Source: Alcaligenes sp. (GTDB lineage: Bacteria; Pseudomonadota; Gammaproteobacteria; Burkholderiales; Burkholderiaceae_B). Taken from it: a DNA stretch of 64,000 nt. The position numbers and the translations under genes were made by a program. Below are positions 47,221 through 56,619 of the stretch, in pieces (positions within the stretch are counted from its first letter, which is position 1; each line of letters starts with the position of its first letter). The stretch spans positions 15,692 through 79,691 of the forward strand of contig JBQEAN010000004.1 in the NCBI GenBank assembly GCA_052109075.1. The letters run 5' to 3'. Below the pieces are notes generated by a model. The model ran no database searches, had not been told where the DNA came from, and saw nothing but the letters and a program-made list of their open reading frames with translations.

Positions 47221-49353
47221 ATGAGTAAACGTGTATTGGTCTGCGGTAGCCCGGACTTGAACTTCATTGATGGCTCTTCTATTTGGGCTCAGACCATTGC
47301 TTTAGCCTTTGCGGCGACTGGCCAAGCGGAGGTAGAGTTTATTGCCAAGAGCAAGCCGGAAAGAGATGAACTGTTTGCCCCATTGAGAAGTGCTGACCGA
47401 CTTACCATTGTGAATGGGACAGATCCAAGCTATTGGAATGGGAAAGGTTTTAAGCGCCTGACTTTGCCAATGATGGCGGAGTTATCAGTTAAATTGGATC
47501 AAGCCAACCCCTATGACGCTGTGGTGGTGCGTGGGCTGGATATTGCCATAGCGTTGTTGGACCATCCTGCTCTTCTGGCAAAATGCTGGCTCTATTTGAC
47601 GGATATTCCGCAGCTGGTAGGTGAGTACCCTCCTGAGTTACGCGAGAAGATGCGCCGTATGGCGACAGGTTGCCAGCGCCTTTTGTGCCAAACTCAAGGT
47701 TTTGTGAATCTGTGGAAAGAGCTGGTTCCAAGTGTCAGCCTTGATAAGTTCAGCCTTTATACGCCAGTCATCCCCGACCTACCTGCTAGCCTCACTCCGT
47801 TAAGCCAGAGATCTATGCGGGCAGTCTATGCGGGTAAGTTTAAAGCAGACTGGATGACGCTGGAGATGACAGAGAGCTGGTCTATCGTTCATGCCGAGGT
47901 TCCGGGTAGTGAACTGGTCATGATTGGGGACAAAATCCACAATGAAGCAGGCTGGCCAGAGTATAAAGGGCGCATGCAGCAAGCGTTAGAAGCTACGGCA
48001 GGTTTGCAATGGTTGGGGGCGCAATCTCGTGAATCTGTGCAGGCTCAGTTGCAATCTGCGAGGGTGGGGCTGTCCTGGCGTGCCGAGAGTATGAACGATA
48101 CAGTGGAGTATTCGACTAAGATTCTTGAATACGGTGGGGCGGGCTGCGCCGCCATTTTGAACCGGAATACTTTGCATGAGCAACTATTAGGTGTGGATTA
48201 TCCTTTGTTTGCTAACAGTGCAGAGGAGTTCTCGCGTCAGTTGCGTAGAGCATTCACAGAGCCGGCTGTTGTGGAGGCCGCTGCTAATGCTTTGACTCAG
48301 TTAGCTCGCCGTCACACTTTTTCGCAAAGGGTGAAGGAGATTCAAACTTGGCTGCAAGTAGTTCCTGAGAGAACAGCCGTTAATGGTAAGGTGCGTGTGC
48401 TGGTGGCTGGACACGATCTGAAGTTCTTTGCTTTGTTGCAGGATGCCCTGGAGTCAACTGGTCAGTTTGAGTTCTTGGTGGATACTTGGGCAGGCCACGA
48501 TAAGCATGATGAACGAAGGAGTTTTGAGCTTTTAGAGCAAGCAGACATTATCTTTTGTGAGTGGTGCCTAGGCAATTTGAAATGGTACTCAAATAACAAA
48601 AAGCCACACCAGCGACTAGTAGCCAGGTTTCATGCTCAAGAACGAACACTTCCATATGTGGTTGAAGCAAATTGGGAAAATATTGACCATATTAGTTATG
48701 TAAGTGAATTTATAAGGAAGGAAGGCCAAAATGCATTTGGATTTCCGGACGAAAGAGTTTCCGTGATACCAAATCTATTGGACTCTAATAAATTCACGCC
48801 ATTGAAAAAAGCAGGAGATGCCAGTTATACCTTAGGGATGATTGGTGTGGCTCCATCCTTGAAGAGGTTGGATCGAGCTATTGATTTATTGGAAGCGTTG
48901 TTGGATGATGATGCGAGATATTGCTTGCGGATAAAGGGGAAAAATCCGCTTGATTATGGATGGCTTTTAAAGCGCGAGGATGAGCTTCAGTACTATAAAA
49001 ATATTTATAAGCGAATCAATCAAAACTCTCGGTTACGACATAAGGTTATATTTGATCCGCCGAATGATGATGTGAATGATTGGTTGTCAATGGTGGGTTT
49101 TATTCTGTCACCTTCTGATTTTGAGTCATTTCATATGGCTGTTGGTGAGGGTATGCTTACAGGGGCTGTTCCTATTATTTGGAATTGGGAGGGGGCTGGA
49201 GATATATGGGGGGAGCAATGGGTAGTGAAGGATGTAATAGAGGCTAAGGCGGCTATAAAAAAATGGGAAATTGGATCCCTGGGTATAGAAAAGTCCCTCA
49301 GTAATTTGTCTGCCAATAGAGTGGTGGAAGAATGGAAGAGAATCCTGAGTTAA
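47221..49353 (+). CDS. Two-domain GT-B (GT4-like) glycosyltransferase, candidate capsule polymerase
   Basis: Domain 1 has YAGKF and EYSTKILEY. Domain 2 has VAGHDLKF, VIPN and SDFESFHMAVGEGM (ExxxxxxxE). Confidence 0.78.
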   Translation: MSKRVLVCGSPDLNFIDGSSIWAQTIALAFAATGQAEVEFIAKSKPERDELFAPLRSADRLTIVNGTDPSYWNGKGFKRLTLPMMAELSVKLDQANPYDAVVVRGLDIAIALLDHPALLAKCWLYLTDIPQLVGEYPPELREKMRRMATGCQRLLCQTQGFVNLWKELVPSVSLDKFSLYTPVIPDLPASLTPLSQRSMRAVYAGKFKADWMTLEMTESWSIVHAEVPGSELVMIGDKIHNEAGWPEYKGRMQQALEATAGLQWLGAQSRESVQAQLQSARVGLSWRAESMNDTVEYSTKILEYGGAGCAAILNRNTLHEQLLGVDYPLFANSAEEFSRQLRRAFTEPAVVEAAANALTQLARRHTFSQRVKEIQTWLQVVPERTAVNGKVRVLVAGHDLKFFALLQDALESTGQFEFLVDTWAGHDKHDERRSFELLEQADIIFCEWCLGNLKWYSNNKKPHQRLVARFHAQERTLPYVVEANWENIDHISYVSEFIRKEGQNAFGFPDERVSVIPNLLDSNKFTPLKKAGDASYTLGMIGVAPSLKRLDRAIDLLEALLDDDARYCLRIKGKNPLDYGWLLKREDELQYYKNIYKRINQNSRLRHKVIFDPPNDDVNDWLSMVGFILSPSDFESFHMAVGEGMLTGAVPIIWNWEGAGDIWGEQWVVKDVIEAKAAIKKWEIGSLGIEKSLSNLSANRVVEEWKRILS

Positions 49354-49359
49354 GAAAGT

Positions 49360-50958
49360 ATGAATGAAAATAATATCTTAGATTGTTTGAATGAAAGAGG
49401 TATTGAGTATATCAATAAGATTATTGGCTCTAATAATAAAACCGATTATAGGAAAATAAAAACACTATTCTTAAAAGGAATTGTTGAGCTAAATAATTTC
49501 CCTGATTGTGAAATAGATATTGGTGATTTTGAATGGGCCGGTGGTGACCGAGATAGGAATTGGTGGTGGCAAATGCAGTCTTTGCCTTTTCTTGCTTGGT
49601 ATATAAATAGTTATAATTTGCAGACTGATTTAGAAAAGAAGAGCTTTTTTAACCTCTGCTGGAGATCGCTAGAGAATTGGAAAGATAAAGCATTAAAGGC
49701 AGAGTCACCCTTAGTTTGGCATGACCATGCGTCAGCATTTCGTGTGAGAAATATTGTTAATTGGCTAGTTTTTTGTTGTATTCATAATTATTCTCAATTG
49801 AATGATGATATAAAAAATCAAGTGTCAATTTTGGTTAAGGAGCATTTGTGTTGGTTGTCTCAGGATGAGAATTTTTCTAGATATACGAATCATGGCTTTG
49901 ACCAAGCAATGATTTCATTGGTTGTCTCTTTGATGTTTGGTGGGGATTTATTTGAAAAAATTAAAATAATAAATAAAGAGAGGCTATTGGAAGAATTGCG
50001 GCATGCATTTACTGATGAGGGGGTTCATAAAGAAAATAGCCCTGGATATCAGAAGTTTATGTTGGAGAGAGTGCGCCAGCTTCGGATAATTAAAATTCTT
50101 GGTGAAACAGATGTTTCTGATTTGGTTGGCTCTTATGTGAATAAAGCCGAGGTTTTTTTGCGTGCTCTAACATTGCCTAATGGGTATCTGCCGCTGATTG
50201 GGGATACTAAGCTTGAAATGGGGCTCGTGGGTAGTGATATTGATTGTGCTAAGGTACATCCGTATTTGGATGTCTATGACTATTCAAAATCTGGGTATTT
50301 AATTGCAAAAGGCGTTGATGGGCGGGAGAAGAGTTTTTTTCTGCTTCTAAAAAACAGCCATCTCTCTAATTATCATAGACATGATGACGATATGATGATT
50401 TATTTGTTTTATGATGGTGAGGTTGTTTTTGGTGATGGCGGGCTTTTTAATCACCAGGAGAAGGATGGCAGGCGGAAAAATATAAGATCTTACAAATCTC
50501 ACTGCGTCCCTTATATTGATTCTTTGGCAATTAGGGATAGACGAAATTTGTCAGAAGATGCTGTTGTTGAAGCGCTCAGTGATCGTGAGTTTTATATGGA
50601 GAGCTCCATGTTTGGTAAGCGCTTGTGTCGACGAGTGTGTTTGGAGATTGAGTCTGGTCTGAAGCTGAGGATTAATGACCACCCTAAAGAAGAAATTAAT
50701 GAAAAGGTATGGGCAAATTTTTTAATTCCTCATGAAAAAAAATTCGAAATTGAAAATAATGCTGCTGTTTTTCGATTTCAAGGTTTTTCTTGTTTTATTA
50801 GGTATGATGCTGGCACAGAATTTTTTAGTGTTCTGGGTTGGGATGATGTGGATTATTATAATGGTGCATATTTTTCTGAAAAATATGGTGAAATTAAATC
50901 CGCCTGCCGTATAAGTTTTTCATGTGCTGATTTGGAGATTGATTTTAATTCAAATTAA
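49360..50958 (+). CDS. Heparinase II/III-like protein (putative polysaccharide lyase)
   Basis: WHDH...R, NHG..Q, GVHKENSPGYQ, PLIGD, H.H.D and DGG motifs. No signal peptide. Low GC. Confidence 0.78.
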   Translation: MNENNILDCLNERGIEYINKIIGSNNKTDYRKIKTLFLKGIVELNNFPDCEIDIGDFEWAGGDRDRNWWWQMQSLPFLAWYINSYNLQTDLEKKSFFNLCWRSLENWKDKALKAESPLVWHDHASAFRVRNIVNWLVFCCIHNYSQLNDDIKNQVSILVKEHLCWLSQDENFSRYTNHGFDQAMISLVVSLMFGGDLFEKIKIINKERLLEELRHAFTDEGVHKENSPGYQKFMLERVRQLRIIKILGETDVSDLVGSYVNKAEVFLRALTLPNGYLPLIGDTKLEMGLVGSDIDCAKVHPYLDVYDYSKSGYLIAKGVDGREKSFFLLLKNSHLSNYHRHDDDMMIYLFYDGEVVFGDGGLFNHQEKDGRRKNIRSYKSHCVPYIDSLAIRDRRNLSEDAVVEALSDREFYMESSMFGKRLCRRVCLEIESGLKLRINDHPKEEINEKVWANFLIPHEKKFEIENNAAVFRFQGFSCFIRYDAGTEFFSVLGWDDVDYYNGAYFSEKYGEIKSACRISFSCADLEIDFNSN

Positions 50959-51027
50959 AAAGGCTCTCGTTATGGATGGGTTTGTTCAAAATAGAGCATG
51001 GGATTTTATATAAAATTTAATTAAGCC

Positions 51028-52209
51028 ATGAAAGAAAAGCGTTCTATTCGTTTAAAGGAAGTTGGCGCCTCAGTGAGGAGGTTGAATTTTCCACCACAGC
51101 AGTATCTAGTCGGCCGTACAGGGTTAAGTATTGGTTATGGATATACATTTTTAACGGATGATGATGGGCTTGCTTTAACTGCTTTGCCAGCTGCTTTGGA
51201 TGATCGGGATATTTTCTTAGTTGGTGGTTCTTCTATTGAAGCAAGCTACTGTGATATTAATAAGCGTGCTTCATTTTTGTTGCAAGAAAAGTTGTTAAGT
51301 GTTGGTATTGGTAATGTTTGTTACAATATGGGTGCATCCGGCTGTACTTCTTTGAATCTATTTAATTCTATTGTGAATAAGTTGATTGGCCGGACGGGGG
51401 ATGTGGTTTATTTTATTCCTTCAAATGATGTGCGTGCTTTTGAGTTTAAAAAAGGATACATTAATAGATCGAAATATTTTGCTAACATCATTCCCGCAAA
51501 AAATGAGCTAGGCGACTCTAGGTTGTTTGACCAGAATAAGCAACAACTGCTTTCAATGTTGAGTATGTTGGAGTTCTTTTGTAAAGAATTTGGTTTTCGT
51601 TTTTTTGTTTCAGGCGTTATTTATCGTGATGAAGATCTGCGATACCAGCAGATTAATGAAATGGCTGAAAAATTTTGTCGGGATAGGGGTATTGATTTTA
51701 TAACAATAGGAAACTATCCTAAAGATTCGTTTTATGATTCTGTTCACCTGACTGCTATTGGAAATGAATATATTTCTGATGCGTTGGTTGGTTTTTTGCT
51801 AAATAAAAATAAAAGTAAATCAACTTCTTTAATTAATAAAAATAAAGTTTATGTTGATGCTTGGGTTAGGTTTGACTTAGAGGAAAAAAGAGAAATATCA
51901 CTTTTCGTTGATGTGGAGTCGACTGGCGATGTTTTGGGATCCTCTATGTTGGTGAATTTCAATTTTTTAGATAATGAGCAGCCGGGTAATAAGAGTCTTT
52001 ACTCGGCTGGTTTAAGCTTTTCGAAGATTATTGGTTGCTATAAATACTTGGAGCTTCCGGAGAAAGGAAAGCGCTGTGTAATGCAATATACCTTTGTTTT
52101 TCCTGATGGCGTTAGCTCAGTAGGTGTGACATTGAAAAAATGGAATTCAGCGAAGGAGTTTATTATTCATAATGCTGTGGCTTATGCACGCTGTAATGGT
52201 GCAGCGTAA
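51028..52209 (+). CDS. SGNH/GDSL-fold protein with C-terminal beta-rich module
   Basis: Block I VGGS, block II MGASG, block III SND and block V DSVH. Low GC. Confidence 0.7.
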   Translation: MKEKRSIRLKEVGASVRRLNFPPQQYLVGRTGLSIGYGYTFLTDDDGLALTALPAALDDRDIFLVGGSSIEASYCDINKRASFLLQEKLLSVGIGNVCYNMGASGCTSLNLFNSIVNKLIGRTGDVVYFIPSNDVRAFEFKKGYINRSKYFANIIPAKNELGDSRLFDQNKQQLLSMLSMLEFFCKEFGFRFFVSGVIYRDEDLRYQQINEMAEKFCRDRGIDFITIGNYPKDSFYDSVHLTAIGNEYISDALVGFLLNKNKSKSTSLINKNKVYVDAWVRFDLEEKREISLFVDVESTGDVLGSSMLVNFNFLDNEQPGNKSLYSAGLSFSKIIGCYKYLELPEKGKRCVMQYTFVFPDGVSSVGVTLKKWNSAKEFIIHNAVAYARCNGAA

Positions 52210-52258
52210 TTGATTTTTTGTAATGCTTTCGTGACGAACATGTTTTGGGTGACAGACT

Positions 52259-53221
52259 TTGCAAGTGACTAGGCGCTTTGTTCTGCTGACTGTGGATACA
52301 GAGGCCTTACCTCGACGCGCCGCTGAGGACCATATTCGACGCTTAGTCTGGGGTGTGCATCCGCGTGGCTCTGCCGGAATTCAGGAAATCTCATCAATTG
52401 GTGGTGAGTTTGGAGCTAAGCACGTCTTCTTTGCGGATTTTTGTGGAGCTTATGGTGATCAGTCTCAAATGCAAGAGGTTGTACGGTGGCTAGACGCTCA
52501 AGGTCAGGATGTGCAGCTTCATACTCATCCTGAAACTTTGCCTGATGCATTTTGGCAGGAGCATAGTCAATCGGCATTGCCGCGTTACATGAATGATTAT
52601 GGTGATCAAGCACGAGCTGTGTTTGTTTTGAGCCATTTCAGTCGGATAATTACAGAGATCACGGCAAAGCCAGTCCTTGCCCACCGCGCAGGCTCCTTTC
52701 GCTGGAATGCCCTGACCATACGTGCTTTACAAGAACTCGATATTCCCTTGTCCTTTAACCAATCCATGCGTGCCCTGGAAAGTGGCCGAGGTGTCCACGG
52801 CGAGCCCGACTGTCTGCCTTACTCTTGGTCAAACGGCGTCATCGAAGTCCCCGTTACCGAACGTTGGGTGCCAGGCGTCCCGGGTTTCCGTCCTGATCGT
52901 TGGGTTAGCCTGACTTATCCGGAATCTCCGTACTTTAAATTTGGCTCGCGCCCTATTCCTGTTTGGAAACATCCTTTTGCACCTAAGCCCGCACCGGTTA
53001 CGGTTGTACTCTTACACTCTTGGTCTCTGCTTGATCGTGATGAGGCAGGCCACGCCGTGTATCGAGATGATCGCTTGTTGGAGGGCTACCGGAACTTCCT
53101 GCGCCGCCTTGTCAAGGATTGTGAGGTCATCACGACCGCGGAGTTTTTAGAGCTACGTGAGCAGGGTAAAATCGACATTTCGCGAACAGTTAACTTAGAG
53201 CAGGTAGAAGCACAAATATGA
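52259..53221 (+). CDS. Polysaccharide deacetylase-like protein, copy 1
   Basis: TVDTE, QLHTHP, HRAG, IEVP and LHSW (NodB/CE4-like metal motifs). The start is TTG 52259 or GTG 52265. Confidence 0.75.
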   Translation: MQVTRRFVLLTVDTEALPRRAAEDHIRRLVWGVHPRGSAGIQEISSIGGEFGAKHVFFADFCGAYGDQSQMQEVVRWLDAQGQDVQLHTHPETLPDAFWQEHSQSALPRYMNDYGDQARAVFVLSHFSRIITEITAKPVLAHRAGSFRWNALTIRALQELDIPLSFNQSMRALESGRGVHGEPDCLPYSWSNGVIEVPVTERWVPGVPGFRPDRWVSLTYPESPYFKFGSRPIPVWKHPFAPKPAPVTVVLLHSWSLLDRDEAGHAVYRDDRLLEGYRNFLRRLVKDCEVITTAEFLELREQGKIDISRTVNLEQVEAQI

Positions 53222-54198
53222 GGGATCGCTACGCAATGATTACGGTGGATACGGAGGCGCTACCTAAGCGAGCATCCGAAGACCACGTCAATCGTCTGAT
53301 ATGGGGGCGGTTCCCAAAGGGGACAGCTGGTGTGGCTGAAATGTGCCGCATCGGTGATGAGTTTGGTGCCAAGCACGTTTTTTTTACGGATTTTTGTGGT
53401 GCGTACGCTTATCTGGATGAGTTGAAAGAAGTTGTGCGTTGGCTGGACGAGCAGGGCCAGGATGTGCAGTTGCATACTCATCCTGAATATCTACCAAACA
53501 GCTTCTGGGAAGAGCACGGCCTGCCTAATCGCCCTCAATACATGAATCAGTACACCGAGCAGGAGCGCGCAGCGTTTGTGTTTCGGCATTTTGCGCATTT
53601 GATGACGGAGCAAACGGGCAAGCCGGTTCTGGCGCATCGTGCGGGCTCGTTCCGCTGGAACGCGGATTCAATCCGGGCCTTGAAAGAAGTGGGTATCCCG
53701 CTGTCCTTCAATAATTCGGTATGTGCGGTACATAATGGCCAATGCATATATAGCGAGGCTACGAATGAGCCCTATGTCTGGTCTAACGGTATTATTGAAA
53801 TTCCCACGACCGAGAAGCGGATTCTGGGTAGGTTAGGCAAGCCGGACTGGTGGGTTCGACTGACTTACCCAGAGTCCCGCTACTTTCGCTTTCGCCCTTG
53901 GTGGGGCAATTTGTTGTTTAACGCAGTCAGTGGTAGCCCACCATTTGCTGTGTTTTTGCTGCACTCTTGGTCCTTGCTGTATTGGGACGAGAATGGTTTG
54001 GGTGAATACCGGGATGACAGCCGCTTAGAGGGATACCGCAAGTTAATGTCACGTCTGACCAAGGACTACGACGTGATCACGACAGCAGAGTTTCTGGATT
54101 TGCACGCGAGGGGCAAGATCTCCACGCCGCACTCAGTAGATTTATCTTTAGCGCAGTATGCTCCTCCACAAAAGAAAAACAAGAAAGTGAAGGTTTAG
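53218..54198 (+). CDS. Polysaccharide deacetylase-like protein, copy 2
   Basis: It has the same motifs as copy 1 and is a tandem paralogue with an ATGA overlap. Confidence 0.78.
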   Translation: MRDRYAMITVDTEALPKRASEDHVNRLIWGRFPKGTAGVAEMCRIGDEFGAKHVFFTDFCGAYAYLDELKEVVRWLDEQGQDVQLHTHPEYLPNSFWEEHGLPNRPQYMNQYTEQERAAFVFRHFAHLMTEQTGKPVLAHRAGSFRWNADSIRALKEVGIPLSFNNSVCAVHNGQCIYSEATNEPYVWSNGIIEIPTTEKRILGRLGKPDWWVRLTYPESRYFRFRPWWGNLLFNAVSGSPPFAVFLLHSWSLLYWDENGLGEYRDDSRLEGYRKLMSRLTKDYDVITTAEFLDLHARGKISTPHSVDLSLAQYAPPQKKNKKVKV

Positions 54199-54202
54199 CG
54201 TA

Positions 54203-55519
54203 ATGGCGCTGAGATTTTTTCAAAGGCTGCTGGGTGAACCCTGGTTGGCCTTTAATCGTTTTCTGACAGTCCGCATGTTGCGACGCAAAACGCAGCAGCG
54301 CAGACCTGTGCAAACGCCTTATGAACCTGTGCCAGGACGCCTACTGTATGTGGCGGCCAGTGCCTTGCCGTACCATATCAGTGGCTATACCACCCGTACG
54401 CACGCTATTGCTCAGGCCTTGCAGGCGGCTGGTGGGGATGTGCGGGTGCTGACTCGGCCAGGGTATCCGTGGGACCGCAAGGATCGGTTAGCGGAGGCTT
54501 TGGCCGATACAACTATGGTTGATCAGGTTCAGTATGTGCATATCCACCGCCCCGCTAATAATCGTCCGGTTTTGCAGTTCGCCATCGAAGCCGCTGTCTC
54601 CATTGCCCAAGAGGCCATCAAGCAGCGCGTTTCGGTCATCCATGCAGCCTCCAACCATGTCAACGCTTTACCTGCCCTGATCGCTGCTCGCCAGCTGGGT
54701 ATTCCGTTCCAATACGAAATGCGTGGCCTGTGGGAACTGAGCCGTGCTTCCCGTATGCCGGAGTTCCGTGATTCTCAAGGTTTTAAGCAAGGTCTGGAGC
54801 TAGAAGGTTTGGTCGCCAGCCAAGCAGATCGTTTGTTCGTTATTTCCGAGCAACTGGGCCGCTATGCCTGCGAGCACTGGGATGTAGATCCGGCCCGCAT
54901 GGGCCTGATGCCCAATTGTATTGATCCGTCGCGCTTTATGCCGGGTGACGCGCAGGATGTGCAGCCCAACACGATTGTGTATGCTGGCTCCCTGATTGTC
55001 TATGAAGGGCTGGATGTATTGATTGATGCCGTGGCGGACTTGGTAGGCCATGGCAAGGATGTGACCCTGACCATTATCGGAGACGGGGAGGCGCGCGCTC
55101 AATTGCAGGCTCAGGTGCAAAGCTTGGGAATGGAAAAGCATGTGCTGTTTGCAGGTCGTGTGTCACCCGAGGAAGCCCGTGCCTTGCAGGCCAAGGCCGC
55201 CTTGGTCTGTATTCCGCGCCGTCCGTTTGAAGTGTGCCGTATCGTGCCTCCCATTAAGTTGGTCGAGGCGATGGCAATGGGCAAGCCGGTGTTGGTACCG
55301 GATTTGCCGGTGTTTCAGGATGAGGTCGGTGCCTGTCGTTCCGTACGCTTTTTCAAGGCAGGTGATGTTCAAGATCTGGCCCGCGTTCTGGATGAAACCT
55401 TTCAGGCTGGCCCTGAAGTCTTGGCGCAGGATGGCGCTTTGGCGCGAGAGGAAGCGACTCAACGTCGTAGCTGGGCTGACTTTGTCGTACATGCTTTGCC
55501 AGCCGGGGCTCACTCATGA
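54203..55519 (+). CDS. GT4 family glycosyltransferase
   Basis: SGY..RT, YEMRG.WE, YAGSL..YEGLD and PIKLVEAMAMGKPV. Confidence 0.9.
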   Translation: MALRFFQRLLGEPWLAFNRFLTVRMLRRKTQQRRPVQTPYEPVPGRLLYVAASALPYHISGYTTRTHAIAQALQAAGGDVRVLTRPGYPWDRKDRLAEALADTTMVDQVQYVHIHRPANNRPVLQFAIEAAVSIAQEAIKQRVSVIHAASNHVNALPALIAARQLGIPFQYEMRGLWELSRASRMPEFRDSQGFKQGLELEGLVASQADRLFVISEQLGRYACEHWDVDPARMGLMPNCIDPSRFMPGDAQDVQPNTIVYAGSLIVYEGLDVLIDAVADLVGHGKDVTLTIIGDGEARAQLQAQVQSLGMEKHVLFAGRVSPEEARALQAKAALVCIPRRPFEVCRIVPPIKLVEAMAMGKPVLVPDLPVFQDEVGACRSVRFFKAGDVQDLARVLDETFQAGPEVLAQDGALAREEATQRRSWADFVVHALPAGAHS

Positions 55520-56604
55520 TCGGCCGCGCAATCCGGGCGTTGGGCGCGCGTGTCTACACACACCCTACGGTTAGCGAGGACGGGCGGCCCACTGGGTCGT
55601 TTGGCCAGTTAAAGGTGGCCCTGGTCTCGGATTACTTCACGGCTGACTGCTTATCGGCAGAGTGCCAAATTCGCATTCTGAATCCTCGTAATTATGAAGA
55701 AGTGATCTCCACCTGGAAACCAGATCTGGTTTTTGTGGAGTCGGTGTTTCATGGTTTGGGTGGGGTGTGGCGGTACGAGCTGGCCAAACAGTCACGTTTG
55801 ATTCGCCTGCGCACACCACGCACGATTTACAAGCTGGTGCAGTTTGCTAAAGATCAGGGTGTGCCCACGGTGTTCTGGAATAAGGACGACGGGGCGTACT
55901 TCGAGCACTTTATTGATGTTGCCAAGGCTTTTGACTATGTGTTCACTACGGACAGCGATTGCCTGCCGCGTTATCGCGCCCAGGTAGGTCCAGATGTGCC
56001 GGTACATACCTTGAGCATGCCGTATCAACCCGCGTTTCATAGCTTCACGGGTTTTGATTTTACGCGCAAGGAAGGTTGTTTTACCGGCAGTTATTACCGA
56101 CGTATTTTGAGTGAACGCCGTCGTTTTCTGGACATGGTTTTCGGGGCCTGTGAGGACTCGCAGATGCATCTGAATGCCTACGACAGAAATCATGACCGGT
56201 TGTCCCGGCACATTGAGTTCCGTTTTCCTCGTTCCACCCATGTGAAGGTTCACGGCCAAGTGCCGCACCGTGAAACAGGGCGTATCTACAAGGAACATGT
56301 GATGTGCCTGAATGTGAACTCGGTCACGGACTCGGAGACGATGTGTTCGCGCCGTCTGTTGGAAATCTTGGCTAGCGGGGGCATTGCGGTGACCAACCCA
56401 GGTCGCGCAGTGGATCGTTATTTCAGTGATTACTGCCACGTTGTGCACTCCCGTGAGCAGGCCAGTGAATTGTTTGCCCGTTTATGCCAACAAGGCCCGA
56501 CGGCGCAGGACCGTGAGCGTGCGGCTGCGGGGGCGGCGTATGTGCGTCAGTTCCATACCTGGGAGCATCGCCTCCAGGAGTTGGCTGACGTGGTTGGTTT
56601 CTAG
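55516..56604 (+). CDS. CgeB/DUF3880-type glycosyltransferase-like protein
   Basis: KPDLVFVES, PTVFWNKDD, FTTD, LNVNSVTDS.TM.SRR and HTWEHRL. Confidence 0.78.
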   Translation: MIGRAIRALGARVYTHPTVSEDGRPTGSFGQLKVALVSDYFTADCLSAECQIRILNPRNYEEVISTWKPDLVFVESVFHGLGGVWRYELAKQSRLIRLRTPRTIYKLVQFAKDQGVPTVFWNKDDGAYFEHFIDVAKAFDYVFTTDSDCLPRYRAQVGPDVPVHTLSMPYQPAFHSFTGFDFTRKEGCFTGSYYRRILSERRRFLDMVFGACEDSQMHLNAYDRNHDRLSRHIEFRFPRSTHVKVHGQVPHRETGRIYKEHVMCLNVNSVTDSETMCSRRLLEILASGGIAVTNPGRAVDRYFSDYCHVVHSREQASELFARLCQQGPTAQDRERAAAGAAYVRQFHTWEHRLQELADVVGF

Positions 56605-56619
56605 GGTGCGCTTGTTTCC

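Noticed and set aside
44913-52258. Low-GC cassette as a transposon, prophage or integron array
   Set aside because: I saw no transposase, integrase, terminal repeats or attC-like sites. All genes are polysaccharide-related and co-oriented.
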